Source of the DNA: Ophelia neglecta
Lineage: Eukaryota
Length of the DNA: 64,000 nt
Assembly (NCBI GenBank): GCA_965285935.1
Contig: OZ260662.1
Location: forward strand, 58,900,001 to 58,964,000
Direction of reading: 5' to 3'
The notes under the pieces were generated by a model. That model worked only from the letters and a program-made list of their open reading frames with translations, ran no database searches and had not been told where the DNA came from. Of this stretch, positions 37,504 through 50,155 are shown in pieces. The position numbers were made by a program, and so were the translations under genes. Each line of letters opens with the position of its first letter. Position 1 is the stretch's first letter.

Positions 37504-38862
37504 CAGTGGGCTTCTAGAAGCCTGTTTCTAGAAGCCTGTGGATCAGTGTAGCCCGTATTGCTGGAAAAGACAACATTGAAGCTGATATATTATCCAGAAA
37601 GTTTGATCATGAAACAGAATGGATGTTAAACCCACAAATGTTTAGAAATGCAATCAATTTGTGCCAGTTAGAACCTAAGATTGATCTCTTTGCCTTCTAG
37701 AATCAACTGTCAATTGCCTACTTTCTTAGCTTGGAAACCTCAGCCAAATGCTTTTGCAATTGATGCTTTCTCAATTAATTGGTCATTACTTGATTTTTAC
37801 GCTTTTCCGCCTTTCTCTGTCATTTCTTTGGTTATACTAAAAGTCTTACATGAGAAAGCAACAGGAATCATTGTTATTCCCTACTGGCCGACTCAGGCCT
37901 GGTTCCCATCTGTCATACATCTGTTGTGTGATTTCCCAATTTTGCTTTCTAGGAGCCGGTCATTATTGACCCTGCCGAGCAATCCACACAAAACACATCT
38001 ATTGCAAAAGAAGCTAGATCTACTGATGTGCTACATATCGAGGCAAACATCCAAAGTCAGGGACTTTCAACAACGGCTAGAAATCTCATTCAGGCATCAT
38101 GGAGACCGTCCACGAAAAAACAATACATCCCCTACTTACGGCGGTGGGAAATTTATTGCCATCAGAGGAAAATCAATAAAATTAAAAGTTCTGTGACTGA
38201 TGGAATTAATTAACTTGGCTGAACTTTATAATACCGGAATTGGATAAAGTGCTATCAGCACCGCTCGTTCGGCACTATAAACAGTTCTGCCGACTGTGGA
38301 CCGAATAAATTTTGGCAAAGACCCCAATGTGACAAGGCTTTTAAAAGGAGTCTTCAATAAAAGACCTTCTTTGCCAAGGTTTTCAGCAATTTTTGATGTC
38401 AACATCTTATGATTCATTTTAAAAATATACCACTTTACCTGATCCCACTCAAGGAACTTTCTACAAAATTAGTAATGCCGCTCGCTCTATTAACTGGGCG
38501 TGTGCAGACTCTCGTGGCTATCAAAACGGACAAGCTAACTTGTAAACCTACAAAGTGTGTTATCACAATTGATTCCGTATTAAAAACATCGAAGCCAGGG
38601 CGGCACATCAAGCCTATTGAGCTTTTGGCCTTTGAGGATGAAACATTGTCCCCTGTAAAGCATTTACAGAAATATCTTGATTCAACATCTTCACTAAGGG
38701 GGAATGAGACCAAACTATTGGTGATGAGGCTATTTTCAAGTTGAATGTTGATCAAATATTGCTGAATGCAATTAACAGTGTAAAGAAGTTTAAGGCTGGC
38801 CGGCTTAAGCACTTTGTAAACAAGTGGTAATCTCTAACAACTGATAAAGAGATCATTCAAAT

Positions 38863-40137
38863 ATGGTCAAAGGCTACCATATTCCCTTTAATGCTTCCCC
38901 AATACAATTAAACCTGCCTAAGAAAACGGTTTTTTGTGCACGGGAAATGACTTTGATTACAAATGAAGTACAGTCACCTTTAGAAAAAGGGGTTATAGAG
39001 AAATGTAGCAGAGAACCTTGGGATTTTGTCTCTAACATTTTTACTAGGGAGAAAAAAGATGGTTCGAGTAGGATTATCTTGAATGTTAAAAAACTGAACA
39101 TGTATGTGGATCATACCCATTTCAAAATGAAGACGCTATTGACAGCAATAAGGTTAATGAAATCAGGATGTTTTATGGCATCAATTGATCTGAAAGATGC
39201 ATACTATTCTGTCCCTATTGCAGAAGAACATCAAAAGTATCTCAAATTTGAGTGGGAAGGACAATTCTTCCAATACACCGTTTTTCCAAACGGCCTAAGA
39301 AGCTGTCCTCGAGATTTTACCAAGTTGCTTAAGCCAGCTTATGCCGAATTACGCCGGCAAGCTAATCAATCTGTGGCATATATGGATGACTCATTTTTAC
39401 AAGGTGAGCAAAAGGCTGACTGCCAGTTAAACGTGCTTCACACAGCTGAGATGATCTCATCCCTCGGTTTTATTATACACCCTGAAAAATCAGTACTTGT
39501 CCCAACTCAGATAATTGAGTTCCTGGGCTTCCTGTTGGACTCAATCAACATGGTAGTAAAACTGACCCCACACAAAGCTACTGTTGTAAAACAGGCATGT
39601 GAACATCTCATGTCAAAGAATCTTCCCACAATTAGGGAAGTTTGTGTGGTTATAGGCAAATTAGTGGCTAGCTTTCCTGGAGTACTAATGGGACCACTTC
39701 ACTATAGAACAATAGAGACTGACAAAACTGCAGCTTTGAAGCTAAACAAGGGGAACTTTGATGCCACCATGACTTTATCACAAGGGGCCATTTCTGATTT
39801 GCAGTGGTGGACTCAGCATGTTGAAACTGCTTTCAAACCAATTTCTCATGGTAAACCAGATGTTGTTCTCACCACAGATGCAAGCCTTAAAGCCTGGGGT
39901 GCCTTTAATAAAACCAACTCACATTCAGCCCAAGGGGAATGGTCAATTAATGAAGCATCGAGTCATATCAATGTTCTAGAACTAAAAGCAGCTCTTTTCG
40001 AACTGAAATCTCTCAGTGCTGTCTTGACAAATAAGCACATCAGACTTATGGTTGATAACATGACTGCTGTGGCTTACATTAGAGAGATGGGTGGGTGCAA
40101 ATCCCATGATTGTGATCTTATCAGCCTAGAAATCTGA
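38863..40137 (+). CDS. DIRS RT-RNaseH ORF, unit 6
   Basis: Same motifs as unit 1. Confidence 0.8.
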   Translation: MVKGYHIPFNASPIQLNLPKKTVFCAREMTLITNEVQSPLEKGVIEKCSREPWDFVSNIFTREKKDGSSRIILNVKKLNMYVDHTHFKMKTLLTAIRLMKSGCFMASIDLKDAYYSVPIAEEHQKYLKFEWEGQFFQYTVFPNGLRSCPRDFTKLLKPAYAELRRQANQSVAYMDDSFLQGEQKADCQLNVLHTAEMISSLGFIIHPEKSVLVPTQIIEFLGFLLDSINMVVKLTPHKATVVKQACEHLMSKNLPTIREVCVVIGKLVASFPGVLMGPLHYRTIETDKTAALKLNKGNFDATMTLSQGAISDLQWWTQHVETAFKPISHGKPDVVLTTDASLKAWGAFNKTNSHSAQGEWSINEASSHINVLELKAALFELKSLSAVLTNKHIRLMVDNMTAVAYIREMGGCKSHDCDLISLEI

Positions 40138-41600
40138 CAGTGGGCTTCTAGAAGCCTGTTTCTAGAAGCCTGTGGATCAGTGTAGCCCGTATTGCTGGAA
40201 AAGACAACATTGAGGCTGATATATTATCCAGAAAGTTTGATCATGAAACAGAATGGATGTTAAACCCACAAATGTTTAGAAATGCAATCAATTTGTGCCA
40301 GTTAGAACCTAAGATTGATCTCTTTGCCTTCTAGAATCAACTGTCAATTGCCTACTTTCTTAGCTTGGAAACCTCAGCCAAATGCTTTTGCAATTGATGC
40401 TTTCTCAATTAATTGGTCATTACTTGATTTTTACGCTTTTCCGCCTTTCTCTGTCATTTCTTTGGTTATACTAAAAGTCTTACATGAGAAAGCAACAGGA
40501 ATCATTGTTATTCCCTACTGGCCGACTCAGTAAAATGAAGTAAATAGATGTCCAACGGGTGTTAAAACTTTAATAGACCGACGTTTCGGCTGATGCAGCC
40601 TTCCTCAAGGTACAAAAAATCTAAAATGACTCAGGCCTGGTTCCCATCTGTCATACATCTGTTGTGTGATTTCCCAATTTTGCTTTCTAGGAGCCGGTCA
40701 TTATTGACCCTGCCGAGCAATCCACACAAAACACATCTATTGCACAAGAAGCTAGATCTACTGATGTGCTACATATCGAGGCAAACATCCAAAGTCAGGG
40801 ACTTTCAACAACGGCTAGAAATCTCATTCAGGCATCATGGAGACCGTCCACGAAAAAACAATACATCCCCTACTTACGGCGGTGGGAAATTTATTGCCAT
40901 CAGAGGAAAATCAATAAAGTTAAAAGTTCTGTGACTGATGGAATTAATTAACTTGGCTGAACTTTATAATACCGGAATTGGATAAAGTGCTATCAGCACC
41001 GCTCGTTCGGCACTATCAACAGTTCTGCCGACTGTGGACCGAATAAATTTTGGCAAAGACCCCAATGTGACAAGGCTTTTAAAAGGAGTCTTCAATAAAA
41101 GACCTTCTTTGCCAAGGTTTTCAGCAATTTTTGATGTCAACATCTTATGATTCATTTTAAAAATATACCACTTTACCTGATCCCACTCAAGGAACTTTCT
41201 ACAAAATTAGTAATGCCGCTCGCTCTATTAACTGGGCGTGTGCAGACTCTCGTGGCTATCAAAACGGACAAGCTAACTTGTAAACCTACAAAGTGTGTTA
41301 TCACAATTGATTCCGTATTAAAAACATCGAAGCCAGGGCGGCACATCAAGCCTATTGAGCTTTTGGCCTTTGAGGATGAAACATTGTCCCCTGTAAAGCA
41401 TTTACAGAAATATCTTGATTCAACATCTTTACTAAGGGGGAATGAGACCAAACTATTGGTGATGAGGCTATTTTCAAGTTGAATGTTGATCAAATATTGC
41501 TGAATGCAATTAACAGTGTAAAGAAGTTTAAGGCTGGCCGGCTTAAGCACTTTGTAAACAAGTGGTAATCTCTAACAACTGATAAAGAGATCATTCAAAT

Positions 41601-42875
41601 ATGGTCAAAGGCTACCATATTCCCTTTAATGCTTCCCCAATACAATTAAACCTGCCTAAGAAAACGGTTTTTTGTGCACGGGAAATGACTTTGATTACAA
41701 ATGAAGTACAGTCACCTTTAGAAAAAGGGGTTATAGAGAAATGTAGCAGAGAACCTTGGGATTTTGTCTCTAACATTTTTACTAGGGAGAAAAAAGATGG
41801 TTCGAGTAGGATTATCTTGAATGTTAAAAAACTGAACATGTATGTGGATCATACCCATTTCAAAATGAAGACGCTATTGACAGCAATAAGGTTAATGAAA
41901 TCAGGATGTTTTATGGCATCAATTGATCTGAAAGATGCATACTATTCTGTCCCTATTGCAGAAGAACATCAAAAGTATCTCAAATTTGAGTGGGAAGGAC
42001 AATTCTTCCAATACACCGTTTTTCCAAACGGCCTAAGAAGCTGTCCTCGAGATTTTACCAAGTTGCTTAAGCCAGCTTATGCCGAATTACGCCGGCAAGC
42101 TAATCAATCTGTGGCATATATGGATGACTCATTTTTACAAGGTGAGCAAAAGGCTGACTGCCAGTTAAACGTGCTTCACACAGCTGAGATGATCTCATCC
42201 CTCGGTTTTATTATACACCCTGAAAAATCAGTACTTGTCCCAACTCAGATAATTGAGTTCCTGGGCTTCCTGTTGGACTCAATCAACATGGTAGTAAAAC
42301 TGACCCCACACAAAGCTACTGTTGTAAAACAGGCATGTGAACATCTCATGTCAAAGAATCTTCCCACAATTAGGGAAGTTTGTGTGGTTATAGGCAAATT
42401 AGTGGCTAGCTTTCCTGGAGTACTAATGGGACCACTTCACTATAGAACAATAGAGACTGACAAAACTGCAGCTTTGAAGCTAAACAAGGGGAACTTTGAT
42501 GCCACCATGACTTTATCACAAGGGGCCATTTCTGATTTGCAGTGGTGGACTCAGCATGTTGAAACTGCTTTCAAACCAATTTCTCATGGTAAACCAGATG
42601 TTGTTCTCACCACAGATGCAAGCCTTAAAGCCTGGGGTGCCTTTAATAAAACCAACTCACATTCAGCCCAAGGGGAATGGTCAATTAATGAAGCATCGAG
42701 TCATATCAATGTTCTAGAACTAAAAGCAGCTCTTTTCGAACTGAAATCTCTCAGTGCTGTCTTGACAAATAAGCACATCAGACTTATGGTTGATAACATG
42801 ACTGCTGTGGCTTACATTAGAGAGATGGGTGGGTGCAAATCCCATGATTGTGATCTTATCAGCCTAGAAATCTGA
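41601..42875 (+). CDS. DIRS RT-RNaseH ORF, unit 7
   Basis: Same motifs as unit 1. Confidence 0.8.
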   Translation: MVKGYHIPFNASPIQLNLPKKTVFCAREMTLITNEVQSPLEKGVIEKCSREPWDFVSNIFTREKKDGSSRIILNVKKLNMYVDHTHFKMKTLLTAIRLMKSGCFMASIDLKDAYYSVPIAEEHQKYLKFEWEGQFFQYTVFPNGLRSCPRDFTKLLKPAYAELRRQANQSVAYMDDSFLQGEQKADCQLNVLHTAEMISSLGFIIHPEKSVLVPTQIIEFLGFLLDSINMVVKLTPHKATVVKQACEHLMSKNLPTIREVCVVIGKLVASFPGVLMGPLHYRTIETDKTAALKLNKGNFDATMTLSQGAISDLQWWTQHVETAFKPISHGKPDVVLTTDASLKAWGAFNKTNSHSAQGEWSINEASSHINVLELKAALFELKSLSAVLTNKHIRLMVDNMTAVAYIREMGGCKSHDCDLISLEI

Positions 42876-44341
42876 CAGTGGGCTTCTAGAAGCCTGTTTC
42901 TAGAAGCCTGTGGATCAGTGTAGCCCGTATTGCTGGAAAAGACAACATTGAAGCTGATATATTATCCAGAAAGTTTGATCATGAAACAGAATGGATGTTA
43001 AACCCACAAATGTTTAGAAATGCAATCAATTTGTGCCAGTTAGAACCTAAGATTGATCTCTTTGCCTTCTAGAATCAACTGTCAATTGCCTACTTTCTTA
43101 GCTTGGAAACCTCAGCCAAATGCTTTTGCAATTGATGCTTTCTCAATTAATTGGTCATTACTTGATTTTTACGCTTTTCCGCCTTTCTCTGTCATTTCTT
43201 TGGTTATACTAAAAGTCTTACATGAGAAAGAAACAGGAATCATTGTTATTCCCTACTGGCCGACTCAGTAAAATGAAGTAAATAGATGTCCAACGGGTGT
43301 TAAAACTTTAATAGACCGACGTTTCGGCTGATGCAGCCTTCCTCAAGGTACAAAAAATCTAAAATGACTCAGGCCTGGTTCCCATCTGTCATACATCTGT
43401 TGTGTGATTTCCCAATTTTGCTTTCTAGGAGCCGGTCATTATTGACCCTGCCGAGCAATCCACACAAAACACATCTATTGCACAAGAAGCTAGATCTACT
43501 GATGTGCTACATATCGAGGCAAACATCCAAAGTCAGGGACTTTCAACAACGGCTAGAAATCTCATTCAGGCATCATGGAGACCGTCCACGAAAAAACAAT
43601 ACATCCCCTACTTACGGCGGTGGGAAATTTATTGCCATCAGAGGAAAATCAATAAAATTAAAAGTTCTGTGACTGATGGAATTAATTAACTTGGCTGAAC
43701 TTTATAATACCGGAATTGGATAAAGTGCTATCAGCACCGCTCGTTCGGCACTATCAACAGTTCTGCCGACTGTGGACCGAATAACTTTTGGCAAAGACCC
43801 CAATGTGACAAGGCTTTTAAAAGGAGTCTTCAATAAAAGACCTTCTTTGCCAAGGTTTTCAGCAATTTTTGATGTCAACATCTTATGATTCATTTTAAAA
43901 ATATACCACTTTACCTGATCCCACTCAAGGAACTTTCTACAAAATTAGTGATGCTGCTCGCTCTATTAACTGGCCAGCGTGTGCAGACTCTCGTGGCTAT
44001 CAAAACGGACAAGCTAACTTGTAAACCTACAAAGTGTGTTATCACAATTGATTCCGTATTAAAAACATCGAAGCCAGGGCGGCACATCAAGCCTATTGAG
44101 CTTTTGGCCTTTGAGGATGAAACATTGTCCCCTGTAAAGCATTTACAGAAATATCTTGATTCAACATCTTCACTAAGGGGGAATGAGACCAAACTATTGG
44201 TGATGAGGCTATTTTCAAGTTGAATGTTGATCAAATATTGCTGAATGCAATTGACAGTGTAAAGAAGTTTAAGGCTGGCCGGCTTAAGCACTTTGTAAAC
44301 AAGTGGTAATCTCTAACAACTGATAAAGAGATCATTCAAAT

Positions 44342-45664
44342 ATGGTCAAAGGCTACCATATTCCCTCTAATGCTTCCCCAATACAATTAAACCTGCCTAA
44401 GAAAACGGTTTTTTGTGCACGGGAAATGACTTTGATTACAAATGAAGTACAGTCACTTTTAGAAAAAGGGGTTATAGAGAAATGTAGCAGAGAACCTTGG
44501 GATTTTGTCTCTAGCATTTTTACTAGGGAGAAAAAAGATGGTTCGAGTAGGATTATCTTGAATGTTAAAAAACTGAACATGTATGTGGATCATACCCATT
44601 TCAAAATGAAGACGCTATTGACAGCAATAAGGTTAATGAAATCAGTATGTTTTATGGCATCAATTGATCTGAAAGATAAATACTATTCTGTCCCTATTGC
44701 AGAAGAACATCAAAAGAATCTCAAATTTGAGTGGGAAGGACAATTCTTCCAATACACCGTTTTTCCAAACGGCCTAAGAAGCTGTCCTCGAGATTTTACC
44801 AAGTTGCTTAAGCCAGCTTATGCCGAATTACGCCGGCAAGCGAATCAATCTGTGGCATATATGGATGACTCATTTTTACAAGGTGAGCAAAAGGCTGACT
44901 GCCAGTTAAACGTGCTTCACACAGCTGAGATGATCTCATCCCTCGGTTTTATTATACACCCTGAAAAATCAGTACTTGTCCCAACTCAGATAATTGAGTT
45001 CCTGGGCTTCCTGTTGGACTCAATCAACATGGTAGTAAAACTGACCCCACACAAAGCTACTGTTGTAAAACAGGCATGTGAACATCTCATGTCAAAGAAT
45101 CTTCCCACAATTAGGGAAGTTTGTGTGGTTATAGGCAAATTAGTGGCTAGCTTTCCTGGAGTACTAATGGGACCACTTCACTATAGAACAATAGAGACTG
45201 ACAAAACTGCAGCCTTGAAGCTAAACAAGGGGAACTTTGATGCCACCATGACTTTATCACAAGGGGCCATTTCTGATTTGCAGTGGTGGACTCAGCATGT
45301 TGAAACTGCTTTCAAACCAATTTCTCATGGTGAACCAGATGTTGTTCTCACCACAGATGCAAGCCTTAAAGCCTGGGGTGCCTTTAATAAAACCAACTCA
45401 AATTCAGCCCAAGGGGAATGGTCAATTAATGAAGCATCGAGTCATATCAATGTTCTAGAACTAAAAGCAGCTCTTTTCGAACTGAAATCTCTCAGTGCTG
45501 TCTTGACAAATAAGCACATCAGACTTATGGTTGATAACATGACTGCTGTGGCTTACATTAGAGAGATGGGTGGGTGCAAATCCCATGATTGTGATCTTAT
45601 CAGCCTAGAAATCTGGCAGTGGGCTTCTAGAAGCCTGTTTCTAGAAGCCTGTGGATCAGTGTAG
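44342..45664 (+). CDS. DIRS RT-RNaseH ORF, unit 8
   Basis: Same motifs, with DLKDKYY variant. Confidence 0.8.
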   Translation: MVKGYHIPSNASPIQLNLPKKTVFCAREMTLITNEVQSLLEKGVIEKCSREPWDFVSSIFTREKKDGSSRIILNVKKLNMYVDHTHFKMKTLLTAIRLMKSVCFMASIDLKDKYYSVPIAEEHQKNLKFEWEGQFFQYTVFPNGLRSCPRDFTKLLKPAYAELRRQANQSVAYMDDSFLQGEQKADCQLNVLHTAEMISSLGFIIHPEKSVLVPTQIIEFLGFLLDSINMVVKLTPHKATVVKQACEHLMSKNLPTIREVCVVIGKLVASFPGVLMGPLHYRTIETDKTAALKLNKGNFDATMTLSQGAISDLQWWTQHVETAFKPISHGEPDVVLTTDASLKAWGAFNKTNSNSAQGEWSINEASSHINVLELKAALFELKSLSAVLTNKHIRLMVDNMTAVAYIREMGGCKSHDCDLISLEIWQWASRSLFLEACGSV

Positions 45665-47248
45665 CCCGTATTGCTGGAAAAGACAACATTGAAGCTGATA
45701 TATTATCCAGAAAGTTTGATCATGAAACATAATGGATGTTAAACCCACAAATGTTTAGAAATGCAATCAATTTGTGCCAGTTAGAACCTAAGATTGATCT
45801 CTTTGCCTTCTAGAATCAACTGTCAATTGCCTACTTTCTTAGCTTGGAAACCTCAGCCAAATGCTTCTGCAATTGATGCTTTCTCAATTAATTGGTCATT
45901 ACTTGATTTTTACGCTTTTCCGCCTTTCTCTGTCATTTCTTTGGTTATACTAAAAGTCTTACATGAGAAAGCAACAGGAATCATTGTTATTCCCTACTGG
46001 CCGACTCAGGCCTGGTTCCCATCTGTCATACATGTGTTGTGTGATTTCCCAATTTTGCTTTCTAGGAGCCGGTCATTATTGACCCTGCCGAGCAATCCAC
46101 ACAAAACACATCTATTGCACAAGAAGCTAGATCTACTGATGTGCTACATATCGAGGCAAACATCCAAAGTCAGGGACTTTCAACAACGGCTAGAAATCTC
46201 ATTCAGGCATCATGGAGACCGTCCACGAAAAAACAATACATCCCCTACTTACGGCGGTGGGAAATTTATTGCCATCAGAGGAAAATCAATAAAATTAAAA
46301 GTTCTGTGACTGATGGAATTAATTAACTTGGCTGAACTTTATAATACCGGAATTGGATAAAGTGCTATCAGCACCGCTCGTTCGGCACTATCAACAGTTC
46401 TGCCGACTGTGGACCGAATAAATTTTGGCAAAGACCCCAATGTGACAAGGCTTTTAAAAGGAGTCTCAATAAAAGACCTTCTTTGCCAAGGTTTTCAGCA
46501 ATTTTTCATGTCAACATCTTATGATTCATTTTAAAAATATATTGCCATCAGAGGAAAATCAATAAAATTAAAAGTTCTGTGACTGATGGAATTAATTAAC
46601 TTGGCTGAACTTTATAATACCGGAATTGGATAAAGTGCTATCAGCACCGCTCGTTCGGCACTATCAACAGTTCTGCCGACTGTGGACCGAATAAATTTTG
46701 GCAAAGACCCCAATGTGACAAGGCTTTTAAAAGGAGTCTTCAATAAAAGACCTTCTTTGCCAAGGTTTTCAGCAATTTTTGATGTCAACATCTTATGATT
46801 CATTTTAAAAATATACCACTTTACCTGATCCCACTCAAGGAACTTTCTACAAAATTAGTAATGCCGCTCGCTCTATTAACTGGGCGTGTGCAGACTCTCG
46901 TGGCTATCAAAACGGACAAGCTAACTTGTAAACCTACAAAGTGTGTTATCACAATTGATTCCGTATTAAAAACATCGAAGCCAGGGCGGCACATCAAGCC
47001 TATTGAGCTTTTGGCCTTTGAGGATGAAACATTGTCCCCTGTAAAGCATTTACAGAAATATCTTGATTCAACATCTTCACTAAGGGGGAATGAGACCAAA
47101 CTATTGGTGATGAGGCTATTTTCAAGTTGAATGTTGATCAAATATTGCTGAATGCAATTAACAGTGTAAAGAAGTTTAAGGCTGGCCGGCTTAAGCACTT
47201 TGTAAACAAGTGGTAATCTCTAACAACTGATAAAGAGATCATTCAAAT

Positions 47249-48571
47249 ATGGTCAAAGACTACCATATTCCCTTTAATGCTTCCCCAATACAATTAAACC
47301 TGCCTACGAAAACGGTTTTTTGTGCACGGGAAATGACTTTGATTACAAATGAAGTACAGTCACCTTTAGAAAAAGGGGTTATAGAGAAATGTAGCAGAGA
47401 ACCTTGGGATTTTGTCTCTAACATTTTTACTAGGGAGAAAAAAGATGGTTCGAGTAGGATTATCTTGAATGTTAAAAAACTGAACATGTATGTGGATCAT
47501 ACCCATTTCAAAATGAAGACGCTATTGACAGCAATAAGGTTAATGAAATCAGGATGTTTTATGGCATCAATTGATCTGAAAGATGCATACTATTCTGTCC
47601 CTATTGCAGAAGAACATCAAAAGAATCTCAAATTTGAGTGGGAAGGACAATTCTTCCAATACACCGTTTTTCCAAACGGCCTAAGAAGCTGTCCTCGAGA
47701 TTTTACCAAGTTGCTTAAGCCAGCTTATGCCGAATTACGCCGGCAAGCGAATCAATCTGTGGCATATATGGATGACTCATTTTTACAAGGTGAGCAAAAG
47801 GCTGACTGCCAGTTAAACGTGCTTCACACAGCTGAGATGATCTCATCCCTCGGTTTTATTATACACCCTGAAAAATCAGTACTTGTCCCAACTCAGATAA
47901 TTGAGTTCCTGGGCTTCCTGTTGGACTCAATCAACATGGTAGTAAAACTGACCCCACACAAAGCTACTGTTGTAAAACAGGCATGTGAACATCTCATGTC
48001 AAAGAATCTTCCCACAATTAGGGAAGTTTGTGTGGTTATAGGCAAATTAGTGGCTAGCTTTCCTGGAGTACTAATGGGACCACTTCACTATAGAACAATA
48101 GAGACTGACAAAACTGCAGCCTTGAAGCTAAACAAGGGGAACTTTGATGCCACCATGACTTTATCACAAGGGGCCATTTCTGATTTGCAGTGGTGGACTC
48201 AGCATGTTGAAACTGCTTTCAAACCAATTTCTCATGGTGAACCAGATGTTGTTCTCACCACAGATGCAAGCCTTAAAGCCTGGGGTGCCTTTAATAAAAC
48301 CAACTCAAATTCAGCCCAAGGGGAATGGTCAATTAATGAAGCATCGAGTCATATCAATGTTCTAGAACTAAAAGCAGCTCTTTTCGAACTGAAATCTCTC
48401 AGTGCTGTCTTGACAAATAAGCACATCAGACTTATGGTTGATAACATGACTGCTGTGGCTTACATTAGAGAGATGGGTGGGTGCAAATCCCATGATTGTG
48501 ATCTTATCAGCCTAGAAATCTGGCAGTGGGCTTCTAGAAGCCTGTTTCTAGAAGCCTGTGGATCAGTGTAG
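47249..48571 (+). CDS. DIRS RT-RNaseH ORF, unit 9
   Basis: Same motifs as unit 1. Confidence 0.8.
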   Translation: MVKDYHIPFNASPIQLNLPTKTVFCAREMTLITNEVQSPLEKGVIEKCSREPWDFVSNIFTREKKDGSSRIILNVKKLNMYVDHTHFKMKTLLTAIRLMKSGCFMASIDLKDAYYSVPIAEEHQKNLKFEWEGQFFQYTVFPNGLRSCPRDFTKLLKPAYAELRRQANQSVAYMDDSFLQGEQKADCQLNVLHTAEMISSLGFIIHPEKSVLVPTQIIEFLGFLLDSINMVVKLTPHKATVVKQACEHLMSKNLPTIREVCVVIGKLVASFPGVLMGPLHYRTIETDKTAALKLNKGNFDATMTLSQGAISDLQWWTQHVETAFKPISHGEPDVVLTTDASLKAWGAFNKTNSNSAQGEWSINEASSHINVLELKAALFELKSLSAVLTNKHIRLMVDNMTAVAYIREMGGCKSHDCDLISLEIWQWASRSLFLEACGSV

Positions 48572-50155
48572 CCCGTATTGCTGGAAAAGACAACATTGAA
48601 GCTGATATATTATCCAGAAAGTTTGATCATGAAACATAATGGATGTTAAACCCACAAATGTTTAGAAATGCAATCAATTTGTGCCAGTTAGAACCTAAGA
48701 TTGATCTCTTTGCCTTCTAGAATCAACTGTCAATTGCCTACTTTCTTAGCTTGGAAACCTCAGCCAAATGCTTCTGCAATTGATGCTTTCTCAATTAATT
48801 GGTCATTACTTGATTTTTACGCTTTTCCGCCTTTCTCTGTCATTTCTTTGGTTATACTAAAAGTCTTACATGAGAAAGCAACAGGAATCATTGTTATTCC
48901 CTACTGGCCGACTCAGGCCTGGTTCCCATCTGTCATACATGTGTTGTGTGATTTCCCAATTTTGCTTTCTAGGAGCCGGTCATTATTGACCCTGCCGAGC
49001 AATCCACACAAAACACATCTATTGCACAAGAAGCTAGATCTACTGATGTGCTACATATCGAGGCAAACATCCAAAGTCAGGGACTTTCAACAACGGCTAG
49101 AAATCTCATTCAGGCATCATGGAGACCGTCCACGAAAAAACAATACATCCCCTACTTACGGCGGTGGGAAATTTATTGCCATCAGAGGAAAATCAATAAA
49201 ATTAAAAGTTCTGTGACTGATGGAATTAATTAACTTGGCTGAACTTTATAATACCGGAATTGGATAAAGTGCTATCAGCACCGCTCGTTCGGCACTATCA
49301 ACAGTTCTGCCGACTGTGGACCGAATAAATTTTGGCAAAGACCCCAATGTGACAAGGCTTTTAAAAGGAGTCTCAATAAAAGACCTTCTTTGCCAAGGTT
49401 TTCAGCAATTTTTCATGTCAACATCTTATGATTCATTTTAAAAATATATTGCCATCAGAGGAAAATCAATAAAATTAAAAGTTCTGTGACTGATGGAATT
49501 AATTAACTTGGCTGAACTTTATAATACCGGAATTGGATAAAGTGCTATCAGCACCGCTCGTTCGGCACTATCAACAGTTCTGCCGACTGTGGACCGAATA
49601 AATTTTGGCAAAGACCCCAATGTGACAAGGCTTTTAAAAGGAGTCTTCAATAAAAGACCTTCTTTGCCAAGGTTTTCAGCAATTTTTGATGTCAACATCT
49701 TATGATTCATTTTAAAAATATACCACTTTACCTGATCCCACTCAAGGAACTTTCTACAAAATTAGTAATGCCGCTCGCTCTATTAACTGGGCGTGTGCAG
49801 ACTCTCGTGGCTATCAAAACGGACAAGCTAACTTGTAAACCTACAAAGTGTGTTATCACAATTGATTCCGTATTAAAAACATCGAAGCCAGGGCGGCACA
49901 TCAAGCCTATTGAGCTTTTGGCCTTTGAGGATGAAACATTGTCCCCTGTAAAGCATTTACAGAAATATCTTGATTCAACATCTTCACTAAGGGGGAATGA
50001 GACCAAACTATTGGTGATGAGGCTATTTTCAAGTTGAATGTTGATCAAATATTGCTGAATGCAATTAACAGTGTAAAGAAGTTTAAGGCTGGCCGGCTTA
50101 AGCACTTTGTAAACAAGTGGTAATCTCTGACAACTGATAAAGAGATCATTCAAAT

